Of a stretch of 64,000 nt of DNA, positions 27,993-37,795 are shown in pieces. The translations under genes were made by a program, and so were the position numbers. How positions within the stretch are numbered: the first letter of the stretch is position 1; every line of letters starts with the position of its first letter. The notes beneath the pieces are model-generated. The model had not been told where the DNA came from, made no database searches, and saw nothing but the letters and a program-made list of their open reading frames with translations. The stretch spans positions 1,289,188-1,353,187 of the forward strand of contig OZ244563.1 of the NCBI GenBank assembly GCA_965217715.1, read 5' to 3'. Origin of the DNA: Candidatus Poribacteria bacterium. Its GTDB lineage: Bacteria; Poribacteria; WGA-4E; WGA-3G.

Positions 27993-29210
27993 ATGAGCAG
28001 CAGTCCAGCTTATAACCTATTAGCCGAAACATTAGAAAAACAGGGAATTCAGGTAGAGGCAGTTAAGGCAAATCTCAAACAACAACATATTGAAACGCCT
28101 TCGTGGGGTTATGGTAATTCTGGAACCCGATTCGGCGTGTTTGAGCAACCCGGCGCAGCGAGAAACGCCGCGGAACGTCTTGAAGATGCAGCGACTGTAC
28201 ACAGATTCACCGGCGTTGCACCGACCGTAGCGCTTCATATTCCGTGGGATAAAACCGATGATTGGGAAGCATTGAAACAATATGCCGCAGATGTTGGCAT
28301 CGGAATAGGTGCAATTAACCCGAACGTTTTTCAAGACCAAGTGTATAAACTCGGTAGCGTCTGCAACCCGAATGCAGAGATACGCCGCCTCGCGATTGAC
28401 CACATGTTAGAATGTGTTGACATTATGGAGAAAACGGGGTCAGATTTACTTAGTTTGTGGTTTGCTGATGGCACGAACTTCCCCGGTCAAGCCAACTTCA
28501 GAAAACGCAAGCAGTGGATGACGGACGCATTAAGCGAGGTTTACGAGGCACTTCCTGATGCTACTCGTATGTTGATTGAGTATAAGTTCTTTGAACCAGC
28601 ATTCTATCACACCGATTTAGCGGATTGGGGTACCGCGTATCTGATGGCAACAAAACTGGGTCCGAAAGCACAAGTCCTCGTCGATCTCGGACATCATCCC
28701 CAAGGCACAAATATTGAATTCATTGTTGCATACCTAATTGATGAAGGTAAACTTGGCGGATTCCACTTCAACTGCCGAAAATACGCGGACGATGACCTGA
28801 CGGTTGGGTCTATCAACCCACAGGAACTTTTCCTAATCTACACTGAACTTGTCGCTGCAGAACTTGATCCCGAAACGGAAACCGAAATCGCTTATATGAT
28901 TGACCAAAGCCATAATTTGAAACCGAAGGTAGAAGCGAGCATCCAGTCGGTGTGCAACTTACAAAAAGCGTATGCAAAGGCACTGTTAGTTGACCGAGAT
29001 GCTTTGGCATCAGCACAAGACGCAACGGACTTGGTGGAAGCAGAGAGCATTCTCCAGCGCGCGTCCGAAACAGATGTGAACCCGCTACTTGAGCAGGTGC
29101 GTTTGGAGATGGGACGAGATCCACATCCATTGACAGCATACCGAAAGGGTGGATATTATGAAAAGATTAGTAAAGCGCGCGTCGGTGGCGAAAGTCAAGG
29201 CTGGGCATGA
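27993..29210 (+). CDS. L-rhamnose isomerase, Pseudomonas stutzeri-type (xylose-isomerase-like TIM barrel)
   Basis: The blocks [73 protein letters not shown] and [13 protein letters not shown] match my memory of the P. stutzeri L-RhI sequence. Confidence 0.75.
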   Translation: MSSSPAYNLLAETLEKQGIQVEAVKANLKQQHIETPSWGYGNSGTRFGVFEQPGAARNAAERLEDAATVHRFTGVAPTVALHIPWDKTDDWEALKQYAADVGIGIGAINPNVFQDQVYKLGSVCNPNAEIRRLAIDHMLECVDIMEKTGSDLLSLWFADGTNFPGQANFRKRKQWMTDALSEVYEALPDATRMLIEYKFFEPAFYHTDLADWGTAYLMATKLGPKAQVLVDLGHHPQGTNIEFIVAYLIDEGKLGGFHFNCRKYADDDLTVGSINPQELFLIYTELVAAELDPETETEIAYMIDQSHNLKPKVEASIQSVCNLQKAYAKALLVDRDALASAQDATDLVEAESILQRASETDVNPLLEQVRLEMGRDPHPLTAYRKGGYYEKISKARVGGESQGWA

Positions 29211-30181
29211 GGAACATCAAAATCGGTATTATCGGCTCAGGAGGCATGGCGCGGCACCACGCTGAGCGGTTTTCATCAATGGAGAAAGTCGAAGTCGTAG
29301 CAATCGCCTCCAGAAATGAACAAACAGGGAGCCAACTTGCCGATAAACATGCTGCAACATTTATCTCCGGTTGGCAACGTTTAGTAGAACGAGATGATAT
29401 AGATGGCGTTGTGATCTGTACACATAACAACAGCCACGGTGAAATTGCGATCACAGCGTTGCAAGCGGATAAACATGTTTTTGTGGAATATCCACTCGCT
29501 AACGATGTTAATGAAGGTGATGAGGCTTTACATCTTGCCAAAATACGGCATCGTGTCCTCCGAGTTTCCCATCCAGAAGTGGTATCTAATACTCACACTG
29601 CACTCAAGCAGAAGATAAGTGAACTGGGTGAATTACTGCTTACCTCATTTGTGCGCTTAACACCTGGTCGTGGGGCACGCCCTGAAATCCTCTTTAACTT
29701 GTCTGTGTCAGGAACACCTGCACATTTCTTTATCTACCACATTTATCCTATTGTTGACCTGTTCGGCGTAGCTGCGTGGGTAGAAGGTGCTGCATGTTAC
29801 GAAGGCTTAACCGAATCTGGACAATACAACCGTTTTGTCAACACTGTCACCGTTGGATTCAAACGTGGCGGCATCGGGCAGTGGAGTTGGGCAGGCGGCA
29901 TCCCTCTTAACGCCTCTGAACAGCATGAGCGATATGTTCTCACAGAAGGCACATTAAGTAATGATGGGAACGGTTGGCAATGTTCAACACCATCGGGAGT
30001 TACAGAGTTGATGGCTACAAAAACACCTCAACCTACACTGCAAGAACTGTGGTTATCCGAAATTCAAAACGCAACACAGCATGCCCCCTATTTAGCGGAT
30101 GCTGAAGTGGCACTCTCCGCAATTCGGATAAGTCTTGCCTCATCACAGTCAGTCCGAGAAAATCGACGGATAGAGTTATAA
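29207..30181 (+). CDS. Gfo/Idh/MocA-family oxidoreductase
   Basis: N-terminal Rossmann [19 protein letters not shown] and the EYPLA motif. ATGA overlap with the isomerase gene. Confidence 0.7.
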   Translation: MRNIKIGIIGSGGMARHHAERFSSMEKVEVVAIASRNEQTGSQLADKHAATFISGWQRLVERDDIDGVVICTHNNSHGEIAITALQADKHVFVEYPLANDVNEGDEALHLAKIRHRVLRVSHPEVVSNTHTALKQKISELGELLLTSFVRLTPGRGARPEILFNLSVSGTPAHFFIYHIYPIVDLFGVAAWVEGAACYEGLTESGQYNRFVNTVTVGFKRGGIGQWSWAGGIPLNASEQHERYVLTEGTLSNDGNGWQCSTPSGVTELMATKTPQPTLQELWLSEIQNATQHAPYLADAEVALSAIRISLASSQSVRENRRIEL

Positions 30182-30182
30182 A

Positions 30183-30857
30183 ATGAACACAGAACAACTG
30201 AAAAAGATTGCCGCAGAAAAAGCCACTGAGGAAATCCGAAACGGTATGGTTGTCGGATTAGGCACAGGTTCTACCGTCTTCTATGCGTTATTAAAACTCG
30301 GAAAGATGGTACGCGATGGACTCAACATCGTTGGAATCCCGACCTCTGATGGCACAGAGGAAATTGCCAAAGAGCAAGACATTCCGCTTTCAACACTGGC
30401 AGTTCACCCGACAATAGAATTAACAATTGATGGTGCTGATGAGGTGGATGCACACCTGAACTTAATTAAGGGTGGCGGTGCAGCACTTGTCAGAGAAAAA
30501 ATTATCGCCAATGCCTCAAAACGAATCTTAATCGTTGTTGATGAAAGCAAGGTTTCTCGTGTGCTTGGCACTTCGTTCGCGCTGCCGGTTGAGATTGTGC
30601 AGTTCGGATGGGAGGCGACACAGCGCGAAGTTAATAAAATCTGTGGAAAATCAGATTTACGAGGTGGAATTGAAAATCCATTGATTACGGACAACGGAAA
30701 CTATATTTTGGACTGCCATTTTGATGGAATCCCTGAACCTGAAAAGGTTGAGTTGCAGCTGAATAATATCCCTGGTGTCGTTGAGAACGGTATTTTTGTG
30801 GATCGCGCTGACAAAGTTATCATCGGCACGTCTTCTGGTATCAAATACATGGAGTAG
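30183..30857 (+). CDS. rpiA: Ribose-5-phosphate isomerase A
   Basis: GLGTGSTV, DGADEVD, LIKGGGAALVREKI and VPVEI..FGW are classical RpiA blocks. Confidence 0.9.
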   Translation: MNTEQLKKIAAEKATEEIRNGMVVGLGTGSTVFYALLKLGKMVRDGLNIVGIPTSDGTEEIAKEQDIPLSTLAVHPTIELTIDGADEVDAHLNLIKGGGAALVREKIIANASKRILIVVDESKVSRVLGTSFALPVEIVQFGWEATQREVNKICGKSDLRGGIENPLITDNGNYILDCHFDGIPEPEKVELQLNNIPGVVENGIFVDRADKVIIGTSSGIKYME

Positions 30858-30862
30858 CATCA

Positions 30863-31687
30863 ATGATCCGACATCTAATCTTGTTCTGTTTACTGATTTA
30901 TGCATTGCTCACATTTTCCGCTCCTGTTAGAGGGGAGATTTTTACGGAGAGTGGTTTGGTAGATATTCCAACAGGTGAGGTGCTAAAACACGGTATATTC
31001 GGTGTAGGGGTATATGCCCCTTTCCAAAATACAACATATTTCAAACGGGATCCTGTTGCGTTCCGTGTCAACTTCGGGATGTTTGATAGAATTGAGTTTA
31101 GCGCATCACACATACTCCCGCAGGACAATGATGCCTCGCGTTCTTTCTTAGGACACGTGAAATCACAACTTTTAAATGAAACTGGAAAAATACCGAATGT
31201 AGCAATCGGTATTGACAATCTCGGAGATAATGTTATACAAGAGTGGAATACCTATCATGCTAATTCAGCATATCTTGTAATCAGTAAGACTTTTAATCTG
31301 CCGCGAATTCACCTTATTTCAGGACACATTGGTGTTGGTAACCACCGTTTTGCTTTTGATGAGAACCCAATCGGACTGTTCGTAGGTGTAAGCACAGAAC
31401 TTCATCCTGCATTCGCAAGAGGTGATATTGCGCTCAGTTTGGAATTTGATGGGAAGGGTGTTAATGCTGGTGTGCAGCATACTGCCGATAGTGGACTTGG
31501 GGTTGCTCTTGGCGTTGAAACATTGAACAAACCTGAAGATATCCGTTATCTCGTGTCAGTTTCGTGGACGAATGCACAGATGATGGAACAGATTGACGGT
31601 GCAAAACGGCTTGCCCGACAAGCAGCGAAACTCGCAAGTCAAGCAAAGAGCAAACCAACGAAAGAAGCGGGAACATCAGAACAGTAG
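30863..31687 (+). CDS. Hypothetical exported protein, possibly an outer-membrane beta-barrel (YjbH-like?)
   Basis: Signal peptide LILFCLLIYALLTFSAPVRG, alternating-hydrophobic beta-like segments, and a K/A-rich tail. No firm family recognised. Confidence 0.4.
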   Translation: MIRHLILFCLLIYALLTFSAPVRGEIFTESGLVDIPTGEVLKHGIFGVGVYAPFQNTTYFKRDPVAFRVNFGMFDRIEFSASHILPQDNDASRSFLGHVKSQLLNETGKIPNVAIGIDNLGDNVIQEWNTYHANSAYLVISKTFNLPRIHLISGHIGVGNHRFAFDENPIGLFVGVSTELHPAFARGDIALSLEFDGKGVNAGVQHTADSGLGVALGVETLNKPEDIRYLVSVSWTNAQMMEQIDGAKRLARQAAKLASQAKSKPTKEAGTSEQ

Positions 31688-31702
31688 CCCCATTTTCCTA
31701 AT

Positions 31703-32599
31703 CTATTGCTTTACTTCAATAGATTCCATCACATTTTGAAGCGATTTGAGCAACTCCGTCAAAAAATCCTGCGGTGGCACAAGGATAATCTCAATTCGGC
31801 GATTTTTTGCCTTCGCTTCGTCTGTTTCTGCTATATCTATCGGTTGATAGAATGCATATCCCGTTCCCGATAAACGTTTTGGATCAATGCCAGCATTTTC
31901 CTGTAAATACTTCACCGCAGAAATTGATCGGTCTGTAGAAAGGTCCCAGTTCCGTAGTGCCGAACCCGCGATCGGGTTGTTATCCGTATGTCCTTCAATG
32001 TGGATCGCATAATTCGAATAATCTGCATTCAACAGTACCTCTTCTGCAATTGCGTCAAGGAGAGCTTTTCCCTCTTTACTAAGGGTTGCGCTACCTGTTT
32101 CAAACAGAATCTTGCCCTTTACATCAAGTGTCAACCGTCCTGCTTCGTCCAGCACAGCACCAACTGTATCTTTAAATCTTTCTTGGATAGCCGCGATGGA
32201 ACGTTGCGACTGTTCGCGAATTCGCTGTAATTCCGATTCAATCTCATTCAGTTTTGCACGGAGACTCTCCTTTTCTTGTTCAAGATTACTTTTGTCTTGC
32301 TGGAGTTTGTTCCGCTCAGCAGCGATTTTCCGCGCCGCTTCGCTTGCATTTTCCAAAATCTCCTTCGTTTGGTTCAGTTCGGTCTGTGTTTCTTTGAGTG
32401 TCTTCTCAGTTTCCGTTAACTTCTTTTTCAACCCAGTTTTTGCTGCTTCAGTCGTCTGTAGTGTCGTTTTTATGGTAGATAGCTCTGCTTCCGTCTGCTT
32501 GAGTTCGTCAGAAGTTGAATAGAGCAGAACCCCCAGAACAATAGCTGCAATAACAGCAACGACTATAGATATGATCGAAACAATTCCTTTTGTGCCCAT
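31703..32599 (-). CDS. Membrane-anchored coiled-coil protein with a C-terminal OmpA/MotB-like peptidoglycan-binding domain
   Basis: ATG at 32599 (MGTKG) is preceded by AAGGAGAA and lies 1 nt after the RNHCP stop (TAAcATG). TM segment IVSIISIVVAVIAAIVLGVLLY, about 110 aa of K/E/T/Q-rich heptads, then the OmpA-like domain IEGHTDNNPI...NWDLSTDRSISAVKYL...NRRIEIIL. Confidence 0.8.
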   Translation of the reverse strand: MGTKGIVSIISIVVAVIAAIVLGVLLYSTSDELKQTEAELSTIKTTLQTTEAAKTGLKKKLTETEKTLKETQTELNQTKEILENASEAARKIAAERNKLQQDKSNLEQEKESLRAKLNEIESELQRIREQSQRSIAAIQERFKDTVGAVLDEAGRLTLDVKGKILFETGSATLSKEGKALLDAIAEEVLLNADYSNYAIHIEGHTDNNPIAGSALRNWDLSTDRSISAVKYLQENAGIDPKRLSGTGYAFYQPIDIAETDEAKAKNRRIEIILVPPQDFLTELLKSLQNVMESIEVKQ

Positions 32600-32600
32600 G

Positions 32601-32897
32601 TTATTCTCCTTGTAAGCTAAGTATGGCATCAAACCTATCTTCTTTTGATACCTTATTCTTTTTTGTTATACCGCACACGGTGCAACGATGGATCAAAACA
32701 TAATCCCCTTGTTTCATGGTAAATCTGATCGGTTCCATCAGCCCCTTACAATCCTCAGCACGATCCCCCGGATTTACATCTACATGCTGACTCCAGAGAC
32801 ATTCCGGACAGTGATTGGTGTATCCATCTCCCTTCACGAATACCCTGCAATTTCCGCATGTAAAATCTTCAATGTGACGTTGGAATTTTTTGTTCAT
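32601..32897 (-). CDS. RNHCP-domain zinc-ribbon protein
   Basis: 98 aa with CGNC, the eponymous TNHCPEC motif and a C-terminal HRCTVCG. ATGA overlap with the upstream gene. Confidence 0.7.
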   Translation of the reverse strand: MNKKFQRHIEDFTCGNCRVFVKGDGYTNHCPECLWSQHVDVNPGDRAEDCKGLMEPIRFTMKQGDYVLIHRCTVCGITKKNKVSKEDRFDAILSLQGE

Positions 32898-33508
32898 GGG
32901 CTGCTACTTGTTTCCTTCACATACGCGATTCGGTCTAATGTTCGTTTTAGACTTGGAGATACGGAGGCAGCACGTTCTAAATCCCAACGGTCACGGACAA
33001 ATTCACTCAAGCGGGTATTATATTCATCTCCCACATTAAGTGTTGTGCCGTGGGATGGTACTAATGCTTCGCGTAATCTTTTGTTTTTACTCCTTCTGGC
33101 AAGCGAGATAAGATATTCTTTTGGATTAGGAATATTGTCGGTGGAAATTGGAATACGATGCATCGGTATTGATAAGAAGGCTGCAAGTGCAACCCGATCA
33201 GCCATTATCCAAGATTCAACTTCAATAACAGCAACGCGAAAGAAAAATCTTGGGTTGAGAGAACCTTTAATCCAAGATTGAATGAGTCTTGGTGGACAAT
33301 TTTGGATGGAATCTAAATCTGTTAACATAAAAATGCCGCACTCTTCATGCGCCGCTTCATTGAAACTCTGTGCTTTTTGTTGAAGGTAAGAATTTCCTTT
33401 ATATCCAGTTTTTCGCTCAATTTCTATTCCAAAATGCCCAAGAATTTTAGTCGCAACTGCATCGCTTAACCTATCCTCAACAGCGAGAATTACGCTATTT
33501 AACCTCAT
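32894..33508 (-). CDS. Small Toprim-like protein (DUF4276/DUF4435/OLD-Toprim class)
   Basis: 204 aa. E11 sits in ILAVEDR, D64-x-D66 in FMLTDLDS, and E96-x-E98 in VIEVESWIMAD. This is the acidic triad order of Toprim-type nucleases. ATGA overlaps on both sides. Confidence 0.55.
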   Translation of the reverse strand: MRLNSVILAVEDRLSDAVATKILGHFGIEIERKTGYKGNSYLQQKAQSFNEAAHEECGIFMLTDLDSIQNCPPRLIQSWIKGSLNPRFFFRVAVIEVESWIMADRVALAAFLSIPMHRIPISTDNIPNPKEYLISLARRSKNKRLREALVPSHGTTLNVGDEYNTRLSEFVRDRWDLERAASVSPSLKRTLDRIAYVKETSSSP

Positions 33509-34647
33509 TCCAATAAATCCAATTGTTCTGCATGTCTGGTGAGTGCAATTTCCCCCACTGTAAATCCGTTCTTAAGGAGCACACACACATCATCATAATC
33601 AGAGGAAGGTTTAACTACAGTTCCTTCTTTGCCAGGTGTGAGCATTAACACTTCCGTGCCATCAATGCCTTGTTCTGTGAGAAGAGCATCACTTTGCGTG
33701 CTAACTAATACCTGACATCGCCTATTTCTCCGCATCCGAGAAATTAAAGGGGCAAGTTGAGAAACAATTCCAAGGTTTAATGAGAGTTCAGGTTCTTCTA
33801 ACAAAACTACTGAGTCGTTTTCAAGAAGGGTCCACAGTAGTCCAATAAGTCGAAGCATTCCATCCGAAAATTGATCTTCTTGATGTGTCTCTTCACTTGA
33901 AACCCAGTGCGAATAACGTGCCTGTAAATGTGGGTGCCCTGTGTTTTTGTCGCGAACAAATTCCAATTTTTCTAACTGTGGCACTGCAATTTTAAGCGCA
34001 TGTTCAATCTTTTTGAGGCGGGAACGACGGGTGCTCGGATGCACACTCGCAACCCTTTCAAGAAATCCCTGTCCAAACGGATCGTCTTCAATTATTTTGC
34101 CTTGAATCGCATCCGCATATCGGATAAATTGCGGAACCAAATGAAGATATGTGACATTTCTGAGAAATTTGCCAATTTCACGAAATTTTGCATTGGTCGC
34201 ACTTTGTTCAAGAGCGGTTTGAGTGAGGCGATCAGAATCCTCGTTGTCGTCTGCATCGGGTCTATCAAGAATCAATTTTCCCTCTTGCCACACACGTTCA
34301 TGAGTAAGGAAAGTCCGACGGTGTCCACGAGGTTCTTGAGTAAATCCCATGACATATCGCCATGTTGTAGGTGCGTCTGGAGTATCCGCTATGTGAATCT
34401 CAATCGAAACTTCGGGACCTTGCCGTGCTGCTAAACACCGGATTTTGGAAACACCATCTCGATCCTTAACGGCTTTCTGAAATCCACCACCATCCACTTT
34501 GGCAATATCACGGAGGAAACGAAAAATATCCAGCAGATTTGATTTACCCGAAGCATTTGGACCTACGATAAATTGTCGTTCTCTAAGTGGAACATTTATC
34601 TGCTGAAAATTTCGCCAGTTTTTGGCAATAAGTCGATTGATAATCAT
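33505..34647 (-). CDS. ABC/SMC-type (AAA_15/21/23-like) ATPase
   Basis: 380 aa. Walker A is G29PNASGKS36 after the typical N-terminal beta-strand (IINRLIAKNWRNF). Signature-like FSDGMLRLIGLL, Walker B/D-loop VVLLEEPELSLN, and H-loop-like LVSTQS. Confidence 0.8.
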   Translation of the reverse strand: MIINRLIAKNWRNFQQINVPLRERQFIVGPNASGKSNLLDIFRFLRDIAKVDGGGFQKAVKDRDGVSKIRCLAARQGPEVSIEIHIADTPDAPTTWRYVMGFTQEPRGHRRTFLTHERVWQEGKLILDRPDADDNEDSDRLTQTALEQSATNAKFREIGKFLRNVTYLHLVPQFIRYADAIQGKIIEDDPFGQGFLERVASVHPSTRRSRLKKIEHALKIAVPQLEKLEFVRDKNTGHPHLQARYSHWVSSEETHQEDQFSDGMLRLIGLLWTLLENDSVVLLEEPELSLNLGIVSQLAPLISRMRRNRRCQVLVSTQSDALLTEQGIDGTEVLMLTPGKEGTVVKPSSDYDDVCVLLKNGFTVGEIALTRHAEQLDLLE

Positions 34648-34829
34648 AATGATAAGTTTCCTCTAAAATAGGTATGGACGCGAATGTGATATGAAAATAA
34701 TAACATGTTCGTAGAATGGATTCCAACCCAAAACACTTATAAGCATTATGGCAAATGTTAATACAATTAGATGATTCCAATTTCTACGCTGTGCTGAGGC
34801 ACAGAGACTTTGCGCTACATTGGTTTGGA

Positions 34830-36068
34830 TTATAACTCAGCTCGTGTCATGAAGGTTGCATAGATAGCAGAGGTCCGCACCAGATCGGGAATATGCACAC
34901 GTTCATTTATAGCATGTCCACCTTCACCCTTCGGCCCATAGCCAATTCCCGGCAAACCTATATTGACAAAATAGTGTAAATCTGTAAACCCAGCAGTACT
35001 CTTAAATTTCGGTTGATTGAAACGTACAGTACGCACTGCATCAGCAAAACCTTGTGCTAAAGGAGAATCAGTATCCGTTAGACATGGTTCAATTCTCAAG
35101 ATTGCTCGCACTTCTGCTTTCAAATCCGGATAATACTCACATGCCCCAGAAATTGCTTGTCGCAAGTCAAGTTCGGCAAACTCAAGTTTTTCATTCGGTG
35201 TAACCCGCCTGTCAATCGAGAACGTGAGATGTGCCGGAACAGTGTTCACTTTATCCCCCTCAGTACCACGGAACGTCCCACCAATATTCATAGTTGGAAA
35301 ACGTTCACCGCCATCAGGCAGTTTTAATGCGCGTTCCGGTGACTTCAAATCCCGTTTAACCCGTTGTAACGCAGATACAAGTTCGGCTGTTTTCTCAAAC
35401 GCATTTATCCCTTTGTCTGGTTGAGACCCGTGTGCTGCTTTTCCGTGAACGTCAATTTCTAACCATAGCACGCCGTTATGCCCGTTGCCGATATTCATCT
35501 CTGAACCACCTTCACAGTTGACAACATAGTCTGCTTTGACCAACCCCTTTTCAACAATATATCCTGCTCCTAACTGCCCACCAGTTTCCTCATCACATGT
35601 GAACGAACATTCAACGTTAAACAACGGTTTACTACCGCTCTCTTGAACAGCCTGAATCGCAAACAGAAGTGAAGCGATGGCATCCTTCATATCATCTGCC
35701 CCACGCCCGTAAAGCCATTCACCTTCAATCTTCCCGCTGAACGGATCATCAAAACGCCACTCCCCCGAAACTGGCACCACATCGTAATGGGCGTTAAAAT
35801 GCACCGTCTTTGCTGCGCCGACATCCCAGCGAGCAATCAGGTTTAACCTTGGATGGCTTGATGCGTTTGAAATCACCTGATCTGCACGCCGTTTTGGCAC
35901 CTTCACAATTTTCGTCTTCATTCCCAACGTCTTACATTTTTCCTCAAGCAGCGCAACAATCTCTGCGTAATTCTCACCCGGAGGATTAACGGTCGGGGTT
36001 TTGACAAGTTCTTGCAACAATCCACACAACGAATCTTGATTGTCCTTAATGTAACTTTGTACAGACAT
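34830..36068 (-). CDS. M20-family metallopeptidase (ArgE/DapE/ACY1-like)
   Basis: The blocks HYDVVP, GRGADDMKDA, DEETGG and HG.AAHGSQP are typical M20 metal-ligand motifs. Confidence 0.8.
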   Translation of the reverse strand: MSVQSYIKDNQDSLCGLLQELVKTPTVNPPGENYAEIVALLEEKCKTLGMKTKIVKVPKRRADQVISNASSHPRLNLIARWDVGAAKTVHFNAHYDVVPVSGEWRFDDPFSGKIEGEWLYGRGADDMKDAIASLLFAIQAVQESGSKPLFNVECSFTCDEETGGQLGAGYIVEKGLVKADYVVNCEGGSEMNIGNGHNGVLWLEIDVHGKAAHGSQPDKGINAFEKTAELVSALQRVKRDLKSPERALKLPDGGERFPTMNIGGTFRGTEGDKVNTVPAHLTFSIDRRVTPNEKLEFAELDLRQAISGACEYYPDLKAEVRAILRIEPCLTDTDSPLAQGFADAVRTVRFNQPKFKSTAGFTDLHYFVNIGLPGIGYGPKGEGGHAINERVHIPDLVRTSAIYATFMTRAEL

Positions 36069-36094
36069 TATACTGTCTCCTTCAGCAGTTCTCT

Positions 36095-36170
36095 TGTTTA
36101 CGATACAACTTTAAATCAGTGCGGTTGGGAAACCGCACCTACCAAGCGTTTTCCCTGTTTACGATACAAC
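36095..36170. repeat. 46-bp REP hairpin insertion flanked by a perfect 15-bp direct repeat
   Basis: TGTTTACGATACAAC occurs at 36095-36109 and 36156-36170. Between the copies lies ...GTGCGGTTGGGAAACCGCACCTACC... The right copy contains the stop codon and last codons of the cupin gene (..VVS*). Confidence 0.85.
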
Positions 36171-36572
36171 CGCTTGGTCGCCAGCAGACAGATGTCCAAC
36201 CGTTTCACCGGTCTCCGTAAAGGTGCGGGTTACTTCAACAGAAGTATACGTCCATAAAATCTTCATCGGGGCATCGCTTTCATTCCAAAACCTGTGCGGG
36301 ATGCCAGCAGGCACAAACGTTGTGTCGTAGGCATCCATTGTAAAGATTTCACCGTCAACTTCGCAGGTGGCTTCACCTTCAAGAATCGTCACAGATTCAT
36401 CGCAGTTGTGATAGTGGCGGGCAATGGCTGCCCCTGGTTCAAACATCGTTATGCCGTTGGTGAGTGATGTTGAATCAAGCCACTTACCTGCCAACGGCAC
36501 CGTTTTCACACCTGTGCCGCGGTCAATGGGGTTCTGTTTATCATAATCAATTACATGTGCTTTTGTACTCAT
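36159..36572 (-). CDS. Cupin domain protein
   Basis: 137 aa with GAAIARHYHNCDESVTILEGE ... VPAGIPHRFWNES. Confidence 0.7.
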   Translation of the reverse strand: MSTKAHVIDYDKQNPIDRGTGVKTVPLAGKWLDSTSLTNGITMFEPGAAIARHYHNCDESVTILEGEATCEVDGEIFTMDAYDTTFVPAGIPHRFWNESDAPMKILWTYTSVEVTRTFTETGETVGHLSAGDQAVVS

Positions 36573-36786
36573 TTGGTGGGTCTCTTTCAGTTTGGATTTG
36601 TCATAGTTTCACATAAATACACAATAATTTCAACAAGTAATTGTGTGATGGTAGTGTAGATATTTTGTTATAGAACACGTAAGCAAGGGGTTGATACGAA
36701 GATTATTAAATTATAAAAGGAAATGTCCTACAAATCAATTCACGTGTATAAATTATGGTGAAATATGGAAATAATTATACACCTCA

Positions 36787-36856
36787 CCTGTAGGAGCGAT
36801 CTCCGAATCGCGACTAATGCCACTCGTAGTCGGGAATCGGAGTTCCCTCCTACAGA
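36787..36856. repeat. Imperfect 70-bp palindrome of two type-2 REP-like units
   Basis: CCTGTAGGAGCGATCTCCGAATCGCGACT ... AGTCGGGAATCGGAGTTCCCTCCTACAG. Confidence 0.8.
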
Positions 36857-37062
36857 TAAACACGTCTAATTAATTCAATAATCTATCATAAAAAACGGTG
36901 AAAATATCCACAATTTTTCCCCAGAAAAACCAATATTTACCATAAAAAATAACATATTTTTTACTAAAAGTAATCTTTTTAGTCTTTTCCTACGACATGT
37001 AACGTGAAAACAGGATATTCTAAACGTGAAATATGAATATCCGCATGTAAGATGAGGTTCAA

Positions 37063-37623
37063 ATGTTATCTTTTCCTTCAGACACTATCTTGCTAAAACA
37101 GATTCAAAACGACTCTTTTGAGGCTGTTGGTATGCTGATTAGCAAGTATGAACGATTGTTACGGACAATCATCCGAAACGAAGTTGGCAATCCTGAAGTA
37201 GTTGACGATGTGTATGGTGAAACTTGCCTTGCTATTGTTCGACGGTTTCGCAACAAGGGCACTTCAGACATCAACACTGTTGACAAATGGCTGAAGCAAG
37301 TTGCTCGCAGCAAATGTGAAGACCAGCGGCAAGATGAGGATAAATACCGAGAACTCGCGGAACTTGTGCAAGAACACTGCGCAGCTGCCTTAGATCAGGA
37401 ATTGCTTAGGGTGTTACGTCATAACGAGGTGTTTGAGGTAATTGATGAGATGGATATCATCTATAAAGAGGTCGTTGAATTGTGGTTAGAGGGATGGACA
37501 TCCACAGAAATTGGTGAGAAGTTAGGCATCCCTGAAAGCACGGTGAAGTCTCGAAAACGTGCCATTATCAGAAAGGTGCGTGAGCACTTCGGTGTCTCTC
37601 TATTGCATAAGTCACAGAAATAG
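37063..37623 (+). CDS. ECF-type sigma-70 family RNA polymerase sigma factor
   Basis: 186 aa. Region 2-like FEAVGMLISKYERLLRTIIRNEVGN..VVDDVYGETCLAIV and a region 4 HTH EIGEKLGIPESTVKSRKRAIIRKVRE. Confidence 0.7.
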   Translation: MLSFPSDTILLKQIQNDSFEAVGMLISKYERLLRTIIRNEVGNPEVVDDVYGETCLAIVRRFRNKGTSDINTVDKWLKQVARSKCEDQRQDEDKYRELAELVQEHCAAALDQELLRVLRHNEVFEVIDEMDIIYKEVVELWLEGWTSTEIGEKLGIPESTVKSRKRAIIRKVREHFGVSLLHKSQK

Positions 37624-37795
37624 CGATAGTACTGTTTCAACGACGTATTGTTTGTTTACATAACAACGGGAGACGTGCTAAAATATAGTACATCTCCTTA
37701 TAGCACAATCAATCTTTGCTTGATTGTGAAAATCAATGTTCCAGACGTTGATTTTCAAAGAAAGACACCCAAGCGGTGTCATAGGAGATTTTAAA

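Noticed and set aside
29167-29541. 124-aa minus-strand ORF overlapping the isomerase/oxidoreductase junction
   Set aside because: It is fully antisense to two well-supported genes and has a Cys/Ser-rich low-complexity translation.
34648-34829. A specific promoter for the four-gene operon
   Set aside because: The spacer is AT-rich, with several weak -35/-10 combinations and a CTGTGC-CTCA-GCACAG hairpin after the M20 gene. No single hexamer pair was convincing enough to annotate.
37001-37031. Direct repeat AACGTGAAA x2, 22 bp apart, upstream of the ECF sigma gene, considered as an autoregulated ECF promoter (TGAAAC...CGT)
   Set aside because: The spacing between the -35-like TGAAAAC and the downstream CGT is ~13 nt, too short for the usual 16-17 nt. 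I cannot support it as a promoter, although it may still be a binding site.
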